A stretch of DNA of 64,000 nt from Fimbriimonadales bacterium (GTDB lineage Bacteria > Armatimonadota > Fimbriimonadia > Fimbriimonadales > ATM1), in the NCBI GenBank assembly GCA_041744215.1, contig JBGTLG010000006.1, positions 64,001-128,000 of the forward strand, in the 5' to 3' direction. The first letter of the stretch is position 1, and every line of letters begins with the position of its first letter. Of the stretch, positions 1 to 10,693 are shown piece by piece. The notes under the pieces were generated by a model that searched no databases, was not told the origin of the DNA, and saw only the letters and a list, made by a program, of their open reading frames with translations. The position numbers and the translations under genes were made by a program.

Positions 1-1
1 G

Positions 2-661
2 GTTCTGCCGGCGGTCGCGGCGGTGATCGCGCTGTTCGAGGACGGGGTTTCGAATCGGTCGAAGGCGTGGATCGTCGCGACGTGTGCGGGCCTGACGATC
101 TGCATCCTGGCGGTCAGAGCGTTGGCGCTTGGCGGCATCGGGTTCCTGCCCGGTCAGGCTGTCGGCGATTCTGGACGCGCAGCCGGGGTACGACCTGCCG
201 GTGTCTTAAGAAACCTCCTGGGATTCTGGCTTCCTGCTGTGATGACGCCACTCTCGCAGATCGGATGGCAGGCGGCGTGGGCCGCAGCGGTCGGCGGCGT
301 GGCCGCATGGATTGCGGGCCGGAAGCGGCTGGTGCTCGGCTTTTCTGTCGGCGCAGCGGCGTTCGTTGCGATTACCTTCTTGCTCGACGATCCGGGGTAC
401 TGGCTTCTTCCGCAAACGAGTCTTTCGGTCCTAACTGCGGCTGCGTTTGGCGGGGCTGTCCTGTTCGTGGTGCTTCGACGACCGAGGCAAACTCTGATGG
501 TCATTCTCTGTGGGATAGCGCTCGGGCTTCCCCTTTACCATGTTGTGTACAACAAGGCGGGCAATGTTCGATACTTCCCAGACTTGTTTTGGGCGATGGG
601 TTGGGCTCTGCTCGCGGCCTCCCTCGTCTCCAAAGAGACTACCGCTGAGACACGTTCGTGA
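2..661 (+). CDS. polytopic membrane protein, probably 5'-partial
   Basis: Frame open from the window edge; several hydrophobic helices. Confidence 0.6.
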   Translation, partial: VLPAVAAVIALFEDGVSNRSKAWIVATCAGLTICILAVRALALGGIGFLPGQAVGDSGRAAGVRPAGVLRNLLGFWLPAVMTPLSQIGWQAAWAAAVGGVAAWIAGRKRLVLGFSVGAAAFVAITFLLDDPGYWLLPQTSLSVLTAAAFGGAVLFVVLRRPRQTLMVILCGIALGLPLYHVVYNKAGNVRYFPDLFWAMGWALLAASLVSKETTAETRS

Positions 662-1634
662 GGAGTGCGGTCGCCCACTCTGCAGAACCTTCCTCATGCC
701 GCGATGCTTCGCTCAAGCTTTCTTGTGACACAGTTGCAATGAGCTTAGCGAACCCTGCCGAGGTGTCGATGACTCGGAGGTGCACGCGACTGGTCTGCGG
801 GCTCGCCTGGAAGACCGCGACCGCCACTCGCGCCGCATCAATGAAGTCTGCGTCTCCGCTCGCGGTAACTGTAGCCCTCGAGGAACTCGTCCTCGGGTCG
901 AAATCGATGTGGATGAGTCTTGGTCCAAGCGTTCCCAGTCGGGCGGCAGCATCCCTCATGATTCGAATCTCTTCGGCGGTCATCGCTTGTGGCGCGGTAG
1001 ATTGGCTCGCAGGCGGAGCCGTCGTCGTAGCTGCAGGCTCCGGATCGTCTCCTGGCAGGGCGACTCTCGGGTCGGGAGGCGCTTCCTCTCCGATAGATAT
1101 GGGACGGATCAAGTCGTCGACGTTGACATCACCGCCATCTGCTCGCGCTTGGCCCATAAAAAATGCCCCGATGGCGATCCCAATCACGATGACTGCGATT
1201 CCTCCGTACATTACAGCCGTCCGCGCTCCGGAAGGCGGCACCTCGAGCCCTGCGAGCGTTTGCTTCGACACGGTCTTTTCGCGCGCACCGCGAAGTCTGT
1301 CTCGCTTAGCGGCCAGACTTGGATTCGTCGGCTCCAAATCGGCAGCAAGCTCGTACCAGTCGAGCGCCACCGACGAGTCGCCCTTATCAAGATGGATGTC
1401 TCCGAGAAGAATGTGGGCGGTTGAATTGTAGGGAAACTGCTTGAGTACTGCGAGACAATCCTTCTCAGCTTCTTCGTAATCCCCCCGCATTCGTAACAGG
1501 TTTGCTTTCGCGAGTTGCGGATAAACCGCTGCGTCCGCGGCATCCGCGGTTCCTCCGTTAACGGGCGCGCCGCACTCTGTGCAGAACTCGGCGTCGACAG
1601 CAACCTCGGTGTAGCAACGATCACAAATTTTCAT
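639..1634 (-). CDS. zinc-ribbon + TPR + single-TM protein
   Basis: N-terminal CxxC..CxxC, TPR-like helices (GDYEEA..AHILLG..A), TM segment, Pro/Ala-rich linker. Confidence 0.75.
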   Translation of the reverse strand: MKICDRCYTEVAVDAEFCTECGAPVNGGTADAADAAVYPQLAKANLLRMRGDYEEAEKDCLAVLKQFPYNSTAHILLGDIHLDKGDSSVALDWYELAADLEPTNPSLAAKRDRLRGAREKTVSKQTLAGLEVPPSGARTAVMYGGIAVIVIGIAIGAFFMGQARADGGDVNVDDLIRPISIGEEAPPDPRVALPGDDPEPAATTTAPPASQSTAPQAMTAEEIRIMRDAAARLGTLGPRLIHIDFDPRTSSSRATVTASGDADFIDAARVAVAVFQASPQTSRVHLRVIDTSAGFAKLIATVSQESLSEASRHEEGSAEWATALLTNVSQR

Positions 1635-2075
1635 CTATTGGGTTCCTGTGCTTCCGAATCCGCCGGTCCCTCGATGGGTATCCGGCAACTCGTCGCACAC
1701 TTTCCATACTACGCGCTCCACCCTCGCGACGACCAGTTGGGCGATCCGATCGCCACTGTTAATCGTGACGGGTTCTGAACTCAAATTGATCAGGATAACC
1801 TTGATCTCTCCCCTGTAATCAGCGTCAATCGTACCGGGTGCATTCGGGATTGAAATCCCTTTGTTTAGCGCTAGACCCGACCTCGGGCGCACCTGTGCCT
1901 CATAACCTTCGGGGATCGCGACTCGAATGCCGGTAGCGACTGCTGTCCGCTCCCCTGGCCCGATCGTCGTCGTCTCATTTGCCCGCAAGTCCATGCCCGC
2001 TGATAGGGGAGTCGCGTAGTTGGGTACGGATTCCGGGGTCACTGCGGTGATTTCAACCTCGACGCGGTTTGGCAT
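1635..2075 (-). CDS. dut: dUTP diphosphatase
   Basis: Motifs [36 protein letters not shown]; start reassigned to MPNRV. Confidence 0.97.
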   Translation of the reverse strand: MPNRVEVEITAVTPESVPNYATPLSAGMDLRANETTTIGPGERTAVATGIRVAIPEGYEAQVRPRSGLALNKGISIPNAPGTIDADYRGEIKVILINLSSEPVTINSGDRIAQLVVARVERVVWKVCDELPDTHRGTGGFGSTGTQ

Positions 2076-2135
2076 TGACTTGGTATACCCTGCGCAAAGG
2101 CGGGTATCGTTTCCAATCTTGGAGGTTTCCGAAGC

Positions 2136-2672
2136 ATGAAACAGTTCTTTGTCGGCGCAGCCGCCATCTTGGCGTTGGGAACAGGATACGCCCAGGGAGG
2201 CACGTCCATCCCGATCGGCGTCGACGGTGGCGTCTTCTTGCCACAAGATCAAACTGTGCGCGACGTCTTTGGCAGCGCTTGGTTTCGCGTTGGCATTACG
2301 CCCTTGAGTCTCCAATCGCCTGACAACTGGAAGTTCACGATGGACGTTGCCTACTTGCGCAGTTCGCGAAGCGGCAACAGCGTGTCTCTGCTTCCGCTCA
2401 CTTTCGGCGTGACGCGTGCTTTTGGGCAAGGCACCAACGTGCGTCCGTATGCTGCGCTCCGTGCCGGACCGTATTGGGGAAGCGTCAATTCACCGATCTT
2501 GGGCGTGAATAAGTCGCGCGTCGGACTCGACACAAACGTAGCTGTTGGACTGCTGTTCGGAAACGGTTTTTATGTCGAGGCACGCTACGACTACTTCAGC
2601 AAACTTGAAGGCCTGAACTTCAACGGATTCTTCTTGTCAGCTGGAATCAAGCTTTTCGATCTACGCTTATAG
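2136..2672 (+). CDS. small outer-membrane beta-barrel protein
   Basis: Signal peptide, amphipathic strands, [12 protein letters not shown]; paralogous to 62094-62588. Confidence 0.75.
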   Translation: MKQFFVGAAAILALGTGYAQGGTSIPIGVDGGVFLPQDQTVRDVFGSAWFRVGITPLSLQSPDNWKFTMDVAYLRSSRSGNSVSLLPLTFGVTRAFGQGTNVRPYAALRAGPYWGSVNSPILGVNKSRVGLDTNVAVGLLFGNGFYVEARYDYFSKLEGLNFNGFFLSAGIKLFDLRL

Positions 2673-2681
2673 TTCGAACGT

Positions 2682-3950
2682 ATGTCAAAGGGTCCGACAG
2701 ACACTAAGCCGCCAGCCGAGCGAGCCTTGCTGGTCTTAGTGAACTCGGATACTGAAGACGACTTTTACGTCGAACAAGAACTGACGTCACTCGCTGAAGC
2801 TGCCGGAATCGAGGTTGCTGCGTTTTTGCGACAGCGAGTTGACAAACCGCAAAGCAGAACCTATATCGGCAAAGGAAAAGTCGAGGAGCTTCACGCCGCG
2901 ATAAAAGATGAAGAGGCAGACGTCGCAGTGTTTGACTGCGAGCTCAGCGCGGTTCAGCAACGGAATCTATCAGAAAGCCTTAAAGTAAAGGTTATTGATA
3001 GGACGCAGTTGATCCTCGACATCTTTGCTCAGCGCGCACACACTCGTGAGGGTGTATTGCAAGTAGAGCTTGCTCAGTATTCCTACCTTTTGCCGAAGAT
3101 ATCCTCTCTGTACACCCAGTTCGAACGACAGAAGGGCGGCATAGGAATGAGGGGACCCGGTGAGCAGAAGTTAGAAGCTGATCGTCGTCGGATCAAAGAT
3201 CGTATCGTTCACTTGTCGCGCGACTTGGAAGATGTGCGTGCGCAACGTGGCCGGCAGCGCGCCGGGAGAAGGAAAACGCCGTTCCCGTTTGCGTGCTTAG
3301 TTGGGTACACAAGCGCCGGAAAGAGCACGTTGATGAACCGGCTATCCGGTAGCACGGTGTTCGCAGATCCGATGCTGTTTGCCACGCTCGATCCAACAAC
3401 CCGGAAGATTGAGTTGCGGGATGGGTACAGCGTGTTTCTGACAGATACCGTCGGATTTGTCCGCAATCTTCCTACAAACCTTGTCGCCGCTTTTCGCGCA
3501 ACATTGGAGGAGGTCGGCGAGGCCGATTTTCTGATCCACATCATCGACGTCAGTCATGAAAGCTGGGAGTTGCAGCGCGATGCAGTAATCGAAACGGTTT
3601 CTGAGTTGGGTGCTGGGGATCTCCCTATGATGACCGTCTTCAACAAGGTGGATCTGTTGTCCGATCGCACGATTCTTCGAGAACTTGTGGCGAGCGTGCC
3701 GATGTCTGTCGCGATCTCTGCAACGAAGGCCATCGGGATGGACGATTTCCAGGATGCCCTCCTAAGAATGATCCGTTCATTGCTTGTACCTGTCGAGGCG
3801 ATCATTCCGTATGCAAAGAGTCGGCTTGTCCAAGAGTGTTACGATTTTGGGCGCGTGCTCAGTGTCGATCATAAGGAAGATGGGATTCACGTTCGCGCAG
3901 AGTTGGTCGGTGAAATGGCGGCCCGCATCAAGGCACAAATTGCGTCGTGA
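2682..3950 (+). CDS. hflX: GTPase HflX
   Basis: DRTQLILDIFAQRA, GPGE, GYTSAGKST, DTVGF, NKVD. Confidence 0.97.
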   Translation: MSKGPTDTKPPAERALLVLVNSDTEDDFYVEQELTSLAEAAGIEVAAFLRQRVDKPQSRTYIGKGKVEELHAAIKDEEADVAVFDCELSAVQQRNLSESLKVKVIDRTQLILDIFAQRAHTREGVLQVELAQYSYLLPKISSLYTQFERQKGGIGMRGPGEQKLEADRRRIKDRIVHLSRDLEDVRAQRGRQRAGRRKTPFPFACLVGYTSAGKSTLMNRLSGSTVFADPMLFATLDPTTRKIELRDGYSVFLTDTVGFVRNLPTNLVAAFRATLEEVGEADFLIHIIDVSHESWELQRDAVIETVSELGAGDLPMMTVFNKVDLLSDRTILRELVASVPMSVAISATKAIGMDDFQDALLRMIRSLLVPVEAIIPYAKSRLVQECYDFGRVLSVDHKEDGIHVRAELVGEMAARIKAQIAS

Positions 3951-4762
3951 CGGTTGGGGAGTGGCTGGCTTTAGCCACCGACAAGCTTGCTTCGACCGGC
4001 GTTGAGTCTGCAAACGCCGACGCTGAGATTATTGCGGCGCATGTCCTCGGAAAAACGAGAAGCGAGGTGTTCGCGCATCCAGAGTGGCAAGTCAATGCCG
4101 AAGCGACTGTATTGCTGGAAAGACGCATTGCCGGCGAGCCAATCGCATACATCCTGGGTTATCGAGAGTTCTACGGAAGACGATTTGCGGTTGACAAGCG
4201 AGTCTTAATCCCCCGCCCTGAAACCGAGGTGTTGGTTGAACATTCTGTGAAGTCGATCCCGGAAGGCGCTACGGTCTGGGACGTTGGTGTCGGCAGTGGT
4301 TCGATTGCGATATCACTTGCAATCGAACGGAGCGACATTCGCGTGATCGCAAGCGACGTTAGCCTCAATGCTCTGGAGGTGGCCCATGAGAACGCGATCT
4401 CGCTTGGCGCGTGTGTGCAGCTTGTTCGTGCGGATGGCTTGACGGCGGCGCGCGACGGTAGTCTCGGCGCGGTTGTCTCGAATCCCCCTTATGTAAAGCC
4501 TGGCGATCCGTTGCTCGAAGATTCCGTGCGTCGTTTTGAACCCGCCGTTGCGCTGTTCTCTGACGGCGGGTTAGGGTTCATTTCTCGATTGGTGATCGAA
4601 TCGGATCGTGCGCTGCGTCCGGGAGGCGTGCTGATCTTGGAGTTTGGATTGGGGCAAAGTCTTGAAGTCGTGGAACTCCTGCATCGGTTCGAACGAGTGG
4701 AGTTAGTTCCTGACCTTAGCGGTCGCGATCGTCTAGCAATCGCTTGGAAACCCACGACCTGA
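3947..4762 (+). CDS. prmC: release factor glutamine methyltransferase
   Basis: GEPIAYILG, LIPRPETE, DVGVGSG, NPPY. Confidence 0.95.
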   Translation: MTVGEWLALATDKLASTGVESANADAEIIAAHVLGKTRSEVFAHPEWQVNAEATVLLERRIAGEPIAYILGYREFYGRRFAVDKRVLIPRPETEVLVEHSVKSIPEGATVWDVGVGSGSIAISLAIERSDIRVIASDVSLNALEVAHENAISLGACVQLVRADGLTAARDGSLGAVVSNPPYVKPGDPLLEDSVRRFEPAVALFSDGGLGFISRLVIESDRALRPGGVLILEFGLGQSLEVVELLHRFERVELVPDLSGRDRLAIAWKPTT

Positions 4763-5240
4763 GCCAAACGACCATTGCCAGCGAGACCGCAAGTCCCATC
4801 CAAAGGGTGAAGGGAACGAGGATCGCAGCATCGACGCTGTACTCTGCCTTTTCAAGCCCTTCGATTCCTCGATATCCAAGCGCGTTCTCGCGGAGCCGAA
4901 TGAACAAGAACACGCTCCCGCATAGATGGCCAGCAAGGGAGCCGAAGTAGCCCGCGATTGGCTCGATGAGCACCGAGATCAACCCGGCAGCAAGCGAGAG
5001 CCCAGCGATGATCGTGATCAAGGTGCTCAGAGATTCGATCGTGCGCGGATCGGTGATTGCGATTGCCGCGGTTGCTCCGACTCCTTGTGCGATTGCGGCA
5101 AAGGAAAACAGAAGGCAGCCCACTGCAGCTTTCGCGTCACGGTCTTTCCGCCAGCGCTCGCTCAAAGAACCGCGTCGCGGTTCATCGGTGTCCAGCTGTC
5201 CGAACGGGGTCTTGTCGCTCACGAAAAACAGTGTAGCCAA
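4716..5240 (-). CDS. hypothetical membrane protein (start uncertain)
   Basis: About four hydrophobic segments; fills the gap between prmC and the peptidase. Confidence 0.5.
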   Translation of the reverse strand: MATLFFVSDKTPFGQLDTDEPRRGSLSERWRKDRDAKAAVGCLLFSFAAIAQGVGATAAIAITDPRTIESLSTLITIIAGLSLAAGLISVLIEPIAGYFGSLAGHLCGSVFLFIRLRENALGYRGIEGLEKAEYSVDAAILVPFTLWMGLAVSLAMVVWLRSWVSKRLLDDRDR

Positions 5241-5290
5241 AAAGAATGGCCGAGGCAGGAGATGCTCCCGCCTCGGCCGGTATCCCGAAA

Positions 5291-8074
5291 CTACTTGAGT
5301 AGTGTCAGAACGGTACTCGTAGGCACGAAGTTACTCGTCGCCGTGATCGAGACATTTGTGTTTTGACTCACTTTCTTCGTCTTGATCACGAACGTCGCTT
5401 GCGTCGCGCCAGCGGAGAAGTTAACCACGCTTGGTACAGTCACCAGCGGACTGTTCGCAGACACCTGGACCGAGAAGCCCTGTGGCGCTGGCGAACTGAT
5501 CACGATCTTGCCCGTTGCATTCTTGCCGCCCTTCACGCTTGCTGGCGTGATAGTGAACGAACTGATGCTTGCGGGCAGAACGGATAGCGGCGCTGCGACC
5601 GTCGTCCATCGAGACGCTCTTATCGGAACGAGTGCGGGGTTGATGACCGCAATCGTTTGGATGTTGAACGTCGTCGATGTTTGTCCTTCCGGAACGACTA
5701 CTGTACTGGGAACCGTCGCAACAGAGCTGCCCGTGGTGAGGAACACCGTCGCGCCACCTGTCGGAGCTGGACCGCTGATCGTCACCGTCCCCATCGAGCT
5801 CGTCCCGCCGCTCACCTGAGTCGGTGCAAGCGTTATCGCGCTCGCAGTGGGCGTCGCGATCGTCAATCGAGTCGACCGAACGTTTGTCCCTGGGATCTGC
5901 GCGAACAGAGTTGCGTCCTGAGAGACGACGACTGGCGAAGTCGAAACGACAACGCTGAACGAGGTATTGCCCTCAGGAATGTTAACCGACGTCGGCATCG
6001 ACGCCGCTGAGTGGTTGGTCCAGAGGTCAACCATCAATCCACCATCCGGCGCGCCGCCATTCAGCTCAATCGTAGCGAGAGCCTGGTGGCCACCCGTGAC
6101 TTGCGCTGGGGCAACGGTGATTCCAGTGACCTGCGGTTCGACGATCTCCAGCATTGCCGTCTTGGTATCTCCAGACCGGGTTGCGCTGATAATCACGCTC
6201 TGGGCAGCGCTGCCCGCAACCGTTGAGATTGGGAACGTGGCAGAGGTAGCACCTTCAGGAACAGTTACGCTCACAGGAACTTGTGCAACCGATGGCGTAT
6301 CCGATTCAAGGGTCACTTCTGCGCCGCCTGTGGGAGCCGCAGAGCGGAGCGTAACTTCGCCAAGGCTGCTACCACCGCTGATGACCACTGGCGGATCGAG
6401 AGCGATCACGCTGACCGTGCTGAGCGGCGGTGCCGGGAGATTGTGCGCTGTGAACGCCTCGTCGATTTCGTCGTAGTTCGGCGTCCCGTTGGTGATATCT
6501 CCGTCGTCGTCGTCCAAAGTGAGAACGTCGATCGTGATGTTTGGATTGATCGGAGGGCTCAGCAGGATCACGTTGAGATACAGATACCGGGCATGATCGA
6601 GGCCTGCCTGTGCACCGTGCTTCGCTTGAAGCAGAACGTTCAGCCGCCAGAAAGCGCCACCTACGACCTGTCCGCAATGATGGACGCCGCCAACGCAGGG
6701 ATACTGGACGTTTGCGTTGAGAGGGTTGCGAACGTTTGTGCCAGGTCCGCTGAAGCCACGGCCAATGATCGGGTCGTCTGCGAGGAGCATCGACGTGATA
6801 TCGGCGAAGCCTTCATGGAATGCGCCTGTGGGATTGTTATGGCCCGTATTGACGATGTGGTGCCCGTACTCGTGATAGACGACCGATGTATAGGCCGTAT
6901 TCACGCAGCTTCCGCCCTGCCGATAGAAGTTGATTGACGAGCCGTTGTAGAACGCGTTGCACTGGTTGTTGATGTTCACGTTTGCCGGCAATTGAATATC
7001 GACGCCCGGATATGCCGGGTTGATTGCCTTGGTGAAATCGTGGACGATCGTCGTATGGAGAAGCGCGTTCACCTGCGACGTTACGAACTCGGTCGGTGTT
7101 GCATTGAAAATGAAGTCCGCGGGCCCAGGCGGCGTGACGTTCATCGTCAAGACCTCGTTGCTTCCTGCTTGGTTCACGCTGCGTGTCCAAGGGCTGTGAA
7201 GCCGTGCGTCAACCGCAACCTGCGTGGAGCCTGGGTGCGAAATCGTGAACAAGCCGTTCATTCCGGCATAGGCGGAGTTTCCGCCCTGCACAAGCGCTTG
7301 GGCGGGGAGGTCGTGAAGCGTAGGCGGATTGCCAGCGGTATCGGGATCCATCCCGGGTGTCGCCCACCCCTTGATCGAACCGTTGATATCGACATAGTAG
7401 ATACCGTCGCGCCGCTCAAGAACTTCGCCCGTCACGGCATCGATGAAGTAAATCCACCGCTCAGGCTGAGCCAGGTTGTTGGTGCTCGCCTCTATCTTGT
7501 AAGCGTATCGCGCGACCGAGCCCTCGGACCAAATCACGAACTCCGGCTCCAGAATGTTGTCCGCGTGCGGCATGTGCTTGCGAACGATTTGGAGTGCCAG
7601 AAGGTGACTGATCAGGCCACTTGGCGGGGAGTAAGGTGTTTCGCGGATGATCGGCCCTGCCAGGACGACCGAATGCGGTGATCCTGGTTTGACAAGGACG
7701 GTCAAGCCCGCCTGGTCGATCTTGACGCCGAACGCGTACTGATGGAACCAGAACACTTCGAACTTCTCGCCGATCGACGTGAATTTCTCAAGGCGAAGGT
7801 CTGTGGGGCGCACCCCGAAGGCATTAGCGTACTGCTCGACAAACTGGATCGCTGAGGCTGCTGGGCTGGTGCCCTCGACGGGAATGTTGCCGTAGAGCCG
7901 CCCGAGTCGGCCAGTTTCGGGGTCGGGCGCCGTGAAGGCTTTCGGCTGCTCGGTAAGGAGAGTGTTCAACGCCGCTGTCTGTTCCGTTGCAGGGATCTGC
8001 TGAGCTGCGGCAACGCCCACCAGACCCACAAAGGCGGGCAAAAGCATCGCCCGCACTACCGTTCCTTTTCGCAT
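5291..8074 (-). CDS. secreted M4/M36-like zinc metallopeptidase with propeptide and about four C-terminal Ig-like repeats
   Basis: Signal peptide from MRKGT, PepSY-like IDAVTGEV, NAFY, HEYGH, HEGFAD; repeats P..V.GG...G.VT....AP.GG. Confidence 0.85.
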   Translation of the reverse strand: MRKGTVVRAMLLPAFVGLVGVAAAQQIPATEQTAALNTLLTEQPKAFTAPDPETGRLGRLYGNIPVEGTSPAASAIQFVEQYANAFGVRPTDLRLEKFTSIGEKFEVFWFHQYAFGVKIDQAGLTVLVKPGSPHSVVLAGPIIRETPYSPPSGLISHLLALQIVRKHMPHADNILEPEFVIWSEGSVARYAYKIEASTNNLAQPERWIYFIDAVTGEVLERRDGIYYVDINGSIKGWATPGMDPDTAGNPPTLHDLPAQALVQGGNSAYAGMNGLFTISHPGSTQVAVDARLHSPWTRSVNQAGSNEVLTMNVTPPGPADFIFNATPTEFVTSQVNALLHTTIVHDFTKAINPAYPGVDIQLPANVNINNQCNAFYNGSSINFYRQGGSCVNTAYTSVVYHEYGHHIVNTGHNNPTGAFHEGFADITSMLLADDPIIGRGFSGPGTNVRNPLNANVQYPCVGGVHHCGQVVGGAFWRLNVLLQAKHGAQAGLDHARYLYLNVILLSPPINPNITIDVLTLDDDDGDITNGTPNYDEIDEAFTAHNLPAPPLSTVSVIALDPPVVISGGSSLGEVTLRSAAPTGGAEVTLESDTPSVAQVPVSVTVPEGATSATFPISTVAGSAAQSVIISATRSGDTKTAMLEIVEPQVTGITVAPAQVTGGHQALATIELNGGAPDGGLMVDLWTNHSAASMPTSVNIPEGNTSFSVVVSTSPVVVSQDATLFAQIPGTNVRSTRLTIATPTASAITLAPTQVSGGTSSMGTVTISGPAPTGGATVFLTTGSSVATVPSTVVVPEGQTSTTFNIQTIAVINPALVPIRASRWTTVAAPLSVLPASISSFTITPASVKGGKNATGKIVISSPAPQGFSVQVSANSPLVTVPSVVNFSAGATQATFVIKTKKVSQNTNVSITATSNFVPTSTVLTLLK

Positions 8075-8356
8075 TTTCGTCCTCCGTCCCTCTCCGAATG
8101 GCATATCGCTGCCCACACGCATGGGCTCTGAGAAGAACAATGTTGGACGTATGGTTCGATGCGATCCGTTCGAATTCCTTCATGGGTATACTTCCTCCGG
8201 TTCTTGAACCTTCTGGAACGGCGTTATTCGATGGAAAATCCACCAGTTTCTTTTGCGAGAATGGCGGCCACGAGAACGGTTCCAAAGATGAACACCGGCG
8301 CACAGTCACTCATCAAGGCTATTGAGGGCATGGCTCCGGAGGAGGATCCCCAAACT

Positions 8357-9793
8357 ATGGCGAATGGCAAGTTCGATGCGGATGTAGTTGTGATTGGCGC
8401 TGGACCTGGCGGGTATGTAGCGGCCATCAAGGCGGCACAACTTGGTGCGAGCGTGATTTGTGTCGAGAAAGAATATCTCGGCGGCACTTGTCTCAACGTC
8501 GGCTGTATTCCTTCGAAGGTCTGGCTCGCCAGCGTCGAGAGATATCAGCACGTCTTGCATGCGAAAGACCTTGGCGTAGTCGTCGAAGGCAAAGTCAAGC
8601 CCGATCACGAAGCGATGCTTGCGCGCGTCGAAAAGATTGTCAAAACGCAGCGCGGCGGCGTGGATATGCTATTCAAAAAGAACGGCGTCAAGCACGTCTC
8701 TGGATTTGCGTCGTTTGTTGACGCGCACACCATCGAAGTCGAAAAGGACGGCAAGAAAGAGAAGATCACGGGGAAGACATTTATTGTCGCTGGCGGATCG
8801 AGCGTCATGGAGCTCGACATTCCTGGTCTTAAGTACGGGAAGGAAAACAATGTTTGGACCAGCGATGACGCGGTGTTTATGCCGCGCGTTCCAGAAAGCG
8901 TTTTGGTAATCGGTGGTGGCGCAGTCGGTGTCGAGTTCGCTTATGTTCTCGGCGGGTTAGGAGCCAAAACCACAGTTGTAGAGATGATGCCGCACCTCAT
9001 CCCTATGTTTGAGGAAGAGTTGGGAGTTGAGCTCGCTAAATCTTTCAAGAAGCTCGGGGTCGACGTTTTGACTGGCGCGATGATGGAGAAAGCAGAGAGA
9101 ACGAAAAAGGGATGGAAGTGCACCGTCAAAACGCCCGCAGGATCGCAAGAAATTGAGGCAGAGATTGTGCTCGTCGGTGTCGGTCGAAAAGCGAACGTCG
9201 ATGGCTTGAAGCTCGACAAAGCGGGCGTCAAAACGCACAAACGGGGAATCGAAGTGCTTGCAGAAGCGGATGGCCGCAGCGAGATGCGCACTCATACCAA
9301 ACACATCTTTGCAGTCGGCGACGTGATCGGCAAGATTCAACTCGCACACGTCGCGAGCATGGAGGGAATCGTCGCGGCGCACAACGCGGTTCAAAACGGA
9401 AACAAGCTGATGGATTACAAAGCAGTCCCGAACTGCGTTTACACTGTTCCAGAAGTCGCGAGTGTCGGCATGACGCAGCGCGAAGCCGAGTCCGCCGGAT
9501 ACGAAGTGACGACAGGCAAATACATGTTCCGCGCAAACGGAAAAGCGATGGCCATCGCTGAGCAGGACGGCTTCGTCAAAGTCGTCGCAGAAAAAAGATA
9601 CGGCGAAGTCTTGGGAATGCACATCATCGGCCCGCATGCGACGGATTTAATCCACGAGGGCGTCGCGGCGATCAAGCTCGAGGGCACGCTCGACTATATG
9701 TGCGACATGATTCACGCGCACCCGACGCTCGCGGAGCCGATTCTCGAAGCATACGAACAGGCCGCCCACGGCAAAGGCGTACACTCTCTGTAG
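8357..9793 (+). CDS. lpdA: dihydrolipoyl dehydrogenase
   Basis: GAGPGGY, GGTCLNVGCIPSK, HAHPTLAE; start reassigned. Confidence 0.96.
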   Translation: MANGKFDADVVVIGAGPGGYVAAIKAAQLGASVICVEKEYLGGTCLNVGCIPSKVWLASVERYQHVLHAKDLGVVVEGKVKPDHEAMLARVEKIVKTQRGGVDMLFKKNGVKHVSGFASFVDAHTIEVEKDGKKEKITGKTFIVAGGSSVMELDIPGLKYGKENNVWTSDDAVFMPRVPESVLVIGGGAVGVEFAYVLGGLGAKTTVVEMMPHLIPMFEEELGVELAKSFKKLGVDVLTGAMMEKAERTKKGWKCTVKTPAGSQEIEAEIVLVGVGRKANVDGLKLDKAGVKTHKRGIEVLAEADGRSEMRTHTKHIFAVGDVIGKIQLAHVASMEGIVAAHNAVQNGNKLMDYKAVPNCVYTVPEVASVGMTQREAESAGYEVTTGKYMFRANGKAMAIAEQDGFVKVVAEKRYGEVLGMHIIGPHATDLIHEGVAAIKLEGTLDYMCDMIHAHPTLAEPILEAYEQAAHGKGVHSL

Positions 9794-9862
9794 GTTTCTA
9801 CGAGATGTGCGACCGCGAGTGCAGTTTCAGACGTCATCGTAAATCCATAAGGAGAACGTTAA

Positions 9863-10213
9863 CTATGGTGTTAAGAGGCAAATCGCAAGTGCAAAGTAAT
9901 CGGTCATGATTTCGAATTGTTCGCTAACGTTCGTCAGTGACCAGACCGCAACTCCGAAAGCCGTCGCCGCCCCAGCGCTAATCCAGAAGCCGATAGTAAG
10001 GATCGGATAGTGCCGCCGGGCATGCTCATCCTCATCGAGAGGTCCGGAGATCGCCAAAAAAGCAAGCACGCACACGATCATTATCGCTTGAAAGCACGCG
10101 CTCAGGAATCCGATCGCCAAAACATCTGGCCACCCGACCACGGCGGCGAATAAAGATGTTAGACCGAAAGATGCCGCGAGCACCCAAAGCGCAGAGGTTC
10201 GTGTGAACTTCAC
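9863..10213 (-). CDS. hypothetical membrane protein
   Basis: Three to four hydrophobic segments. Confidence 0.45.
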   Translation of the reverse strand: MKFTRTSALWVLAASFGLTSLFAAVVGWPDVLAIGFLSACFQAIMIVCVLAFLAISGPLDEDEHARRHYPILTIGFWISAGAATAFGVAVWSLTNVSEQFEIMTDYFALAICLLTP

Positions 10214-10273
10214 GACTGGTAATGCAGTTACGACTTCGAGCGGAAGCCGGTGGCAGAAGTGTTGGCAGCGTGG

Positions 10274-10684
10274 CTAATCCCCAATCACCTTCACAACCAC
10301 CCGCTTCCTGCGCTTGCCGTCGAACTCCGCGTAAAACACCTGCTGCCAAGGGCCCAAATCGAGCTTTCCATTCGTAATCGGAAGAATCACTTGGTGATGC
10401 ATGATCAGGTTTTTCAGGTGCGCTTCGCCGTTGTCTTCGCCCGTGCGATGATGCCGGTAATCTTTCTTCGGCGCGAGCCCATCGAGCCACTCCTTGATAT
10501 CCTCGATCAAACCGCTTTCCCAATCGTTCACATACACAGCAGCAGTGATGTGCATCGCTGAGACCAAACAAATGCCCTCTTTCACGCCGCTTTTCGCAAC
10601 GGCGCTTTCGACTTCGTCGGTAATGCGCACGAACTCTTCGCGCTTCTTCGTTTCGAACCAGAGATACTCGGTCTGTGATTTCAC
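10274..10684 (-). CDS. yjbQ: YjbQ/UPF0047 family protein
   Basis: [26 protein letters not shown]. Confidence 0.92.
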   Translation of the reverse strand: MKSQTEYLWFETKKREEFVRITDEVESAVAKSGVKEGICLVSAMHITAAVYVNDWESGLIEDIKEWLDGLAPKKDYRHHRTGEDNGEAHLKNLIMHHQVILPITNGKLDLGPWQQVFYAEFDGKRRKRVVVKVIGD

Positions 10685-10693
10685 GCTTAGATA

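Noticed and set aside
658-1431. Long antisense and alternative-frame ORFs (e.g. 658-1431, 11496-12404, 13321-14118, 50926-51702)
   Set aside because: Shadows of recognised genes in GC-rich DNA, with no motifs.
2076-2429. Long N-terminal extension of dut (similarly lpdA 8159, MBL 19350, fur 58222)
   Set aside because: Longest-ORF artefacts overlapping real genes or promoters; homology starts later.
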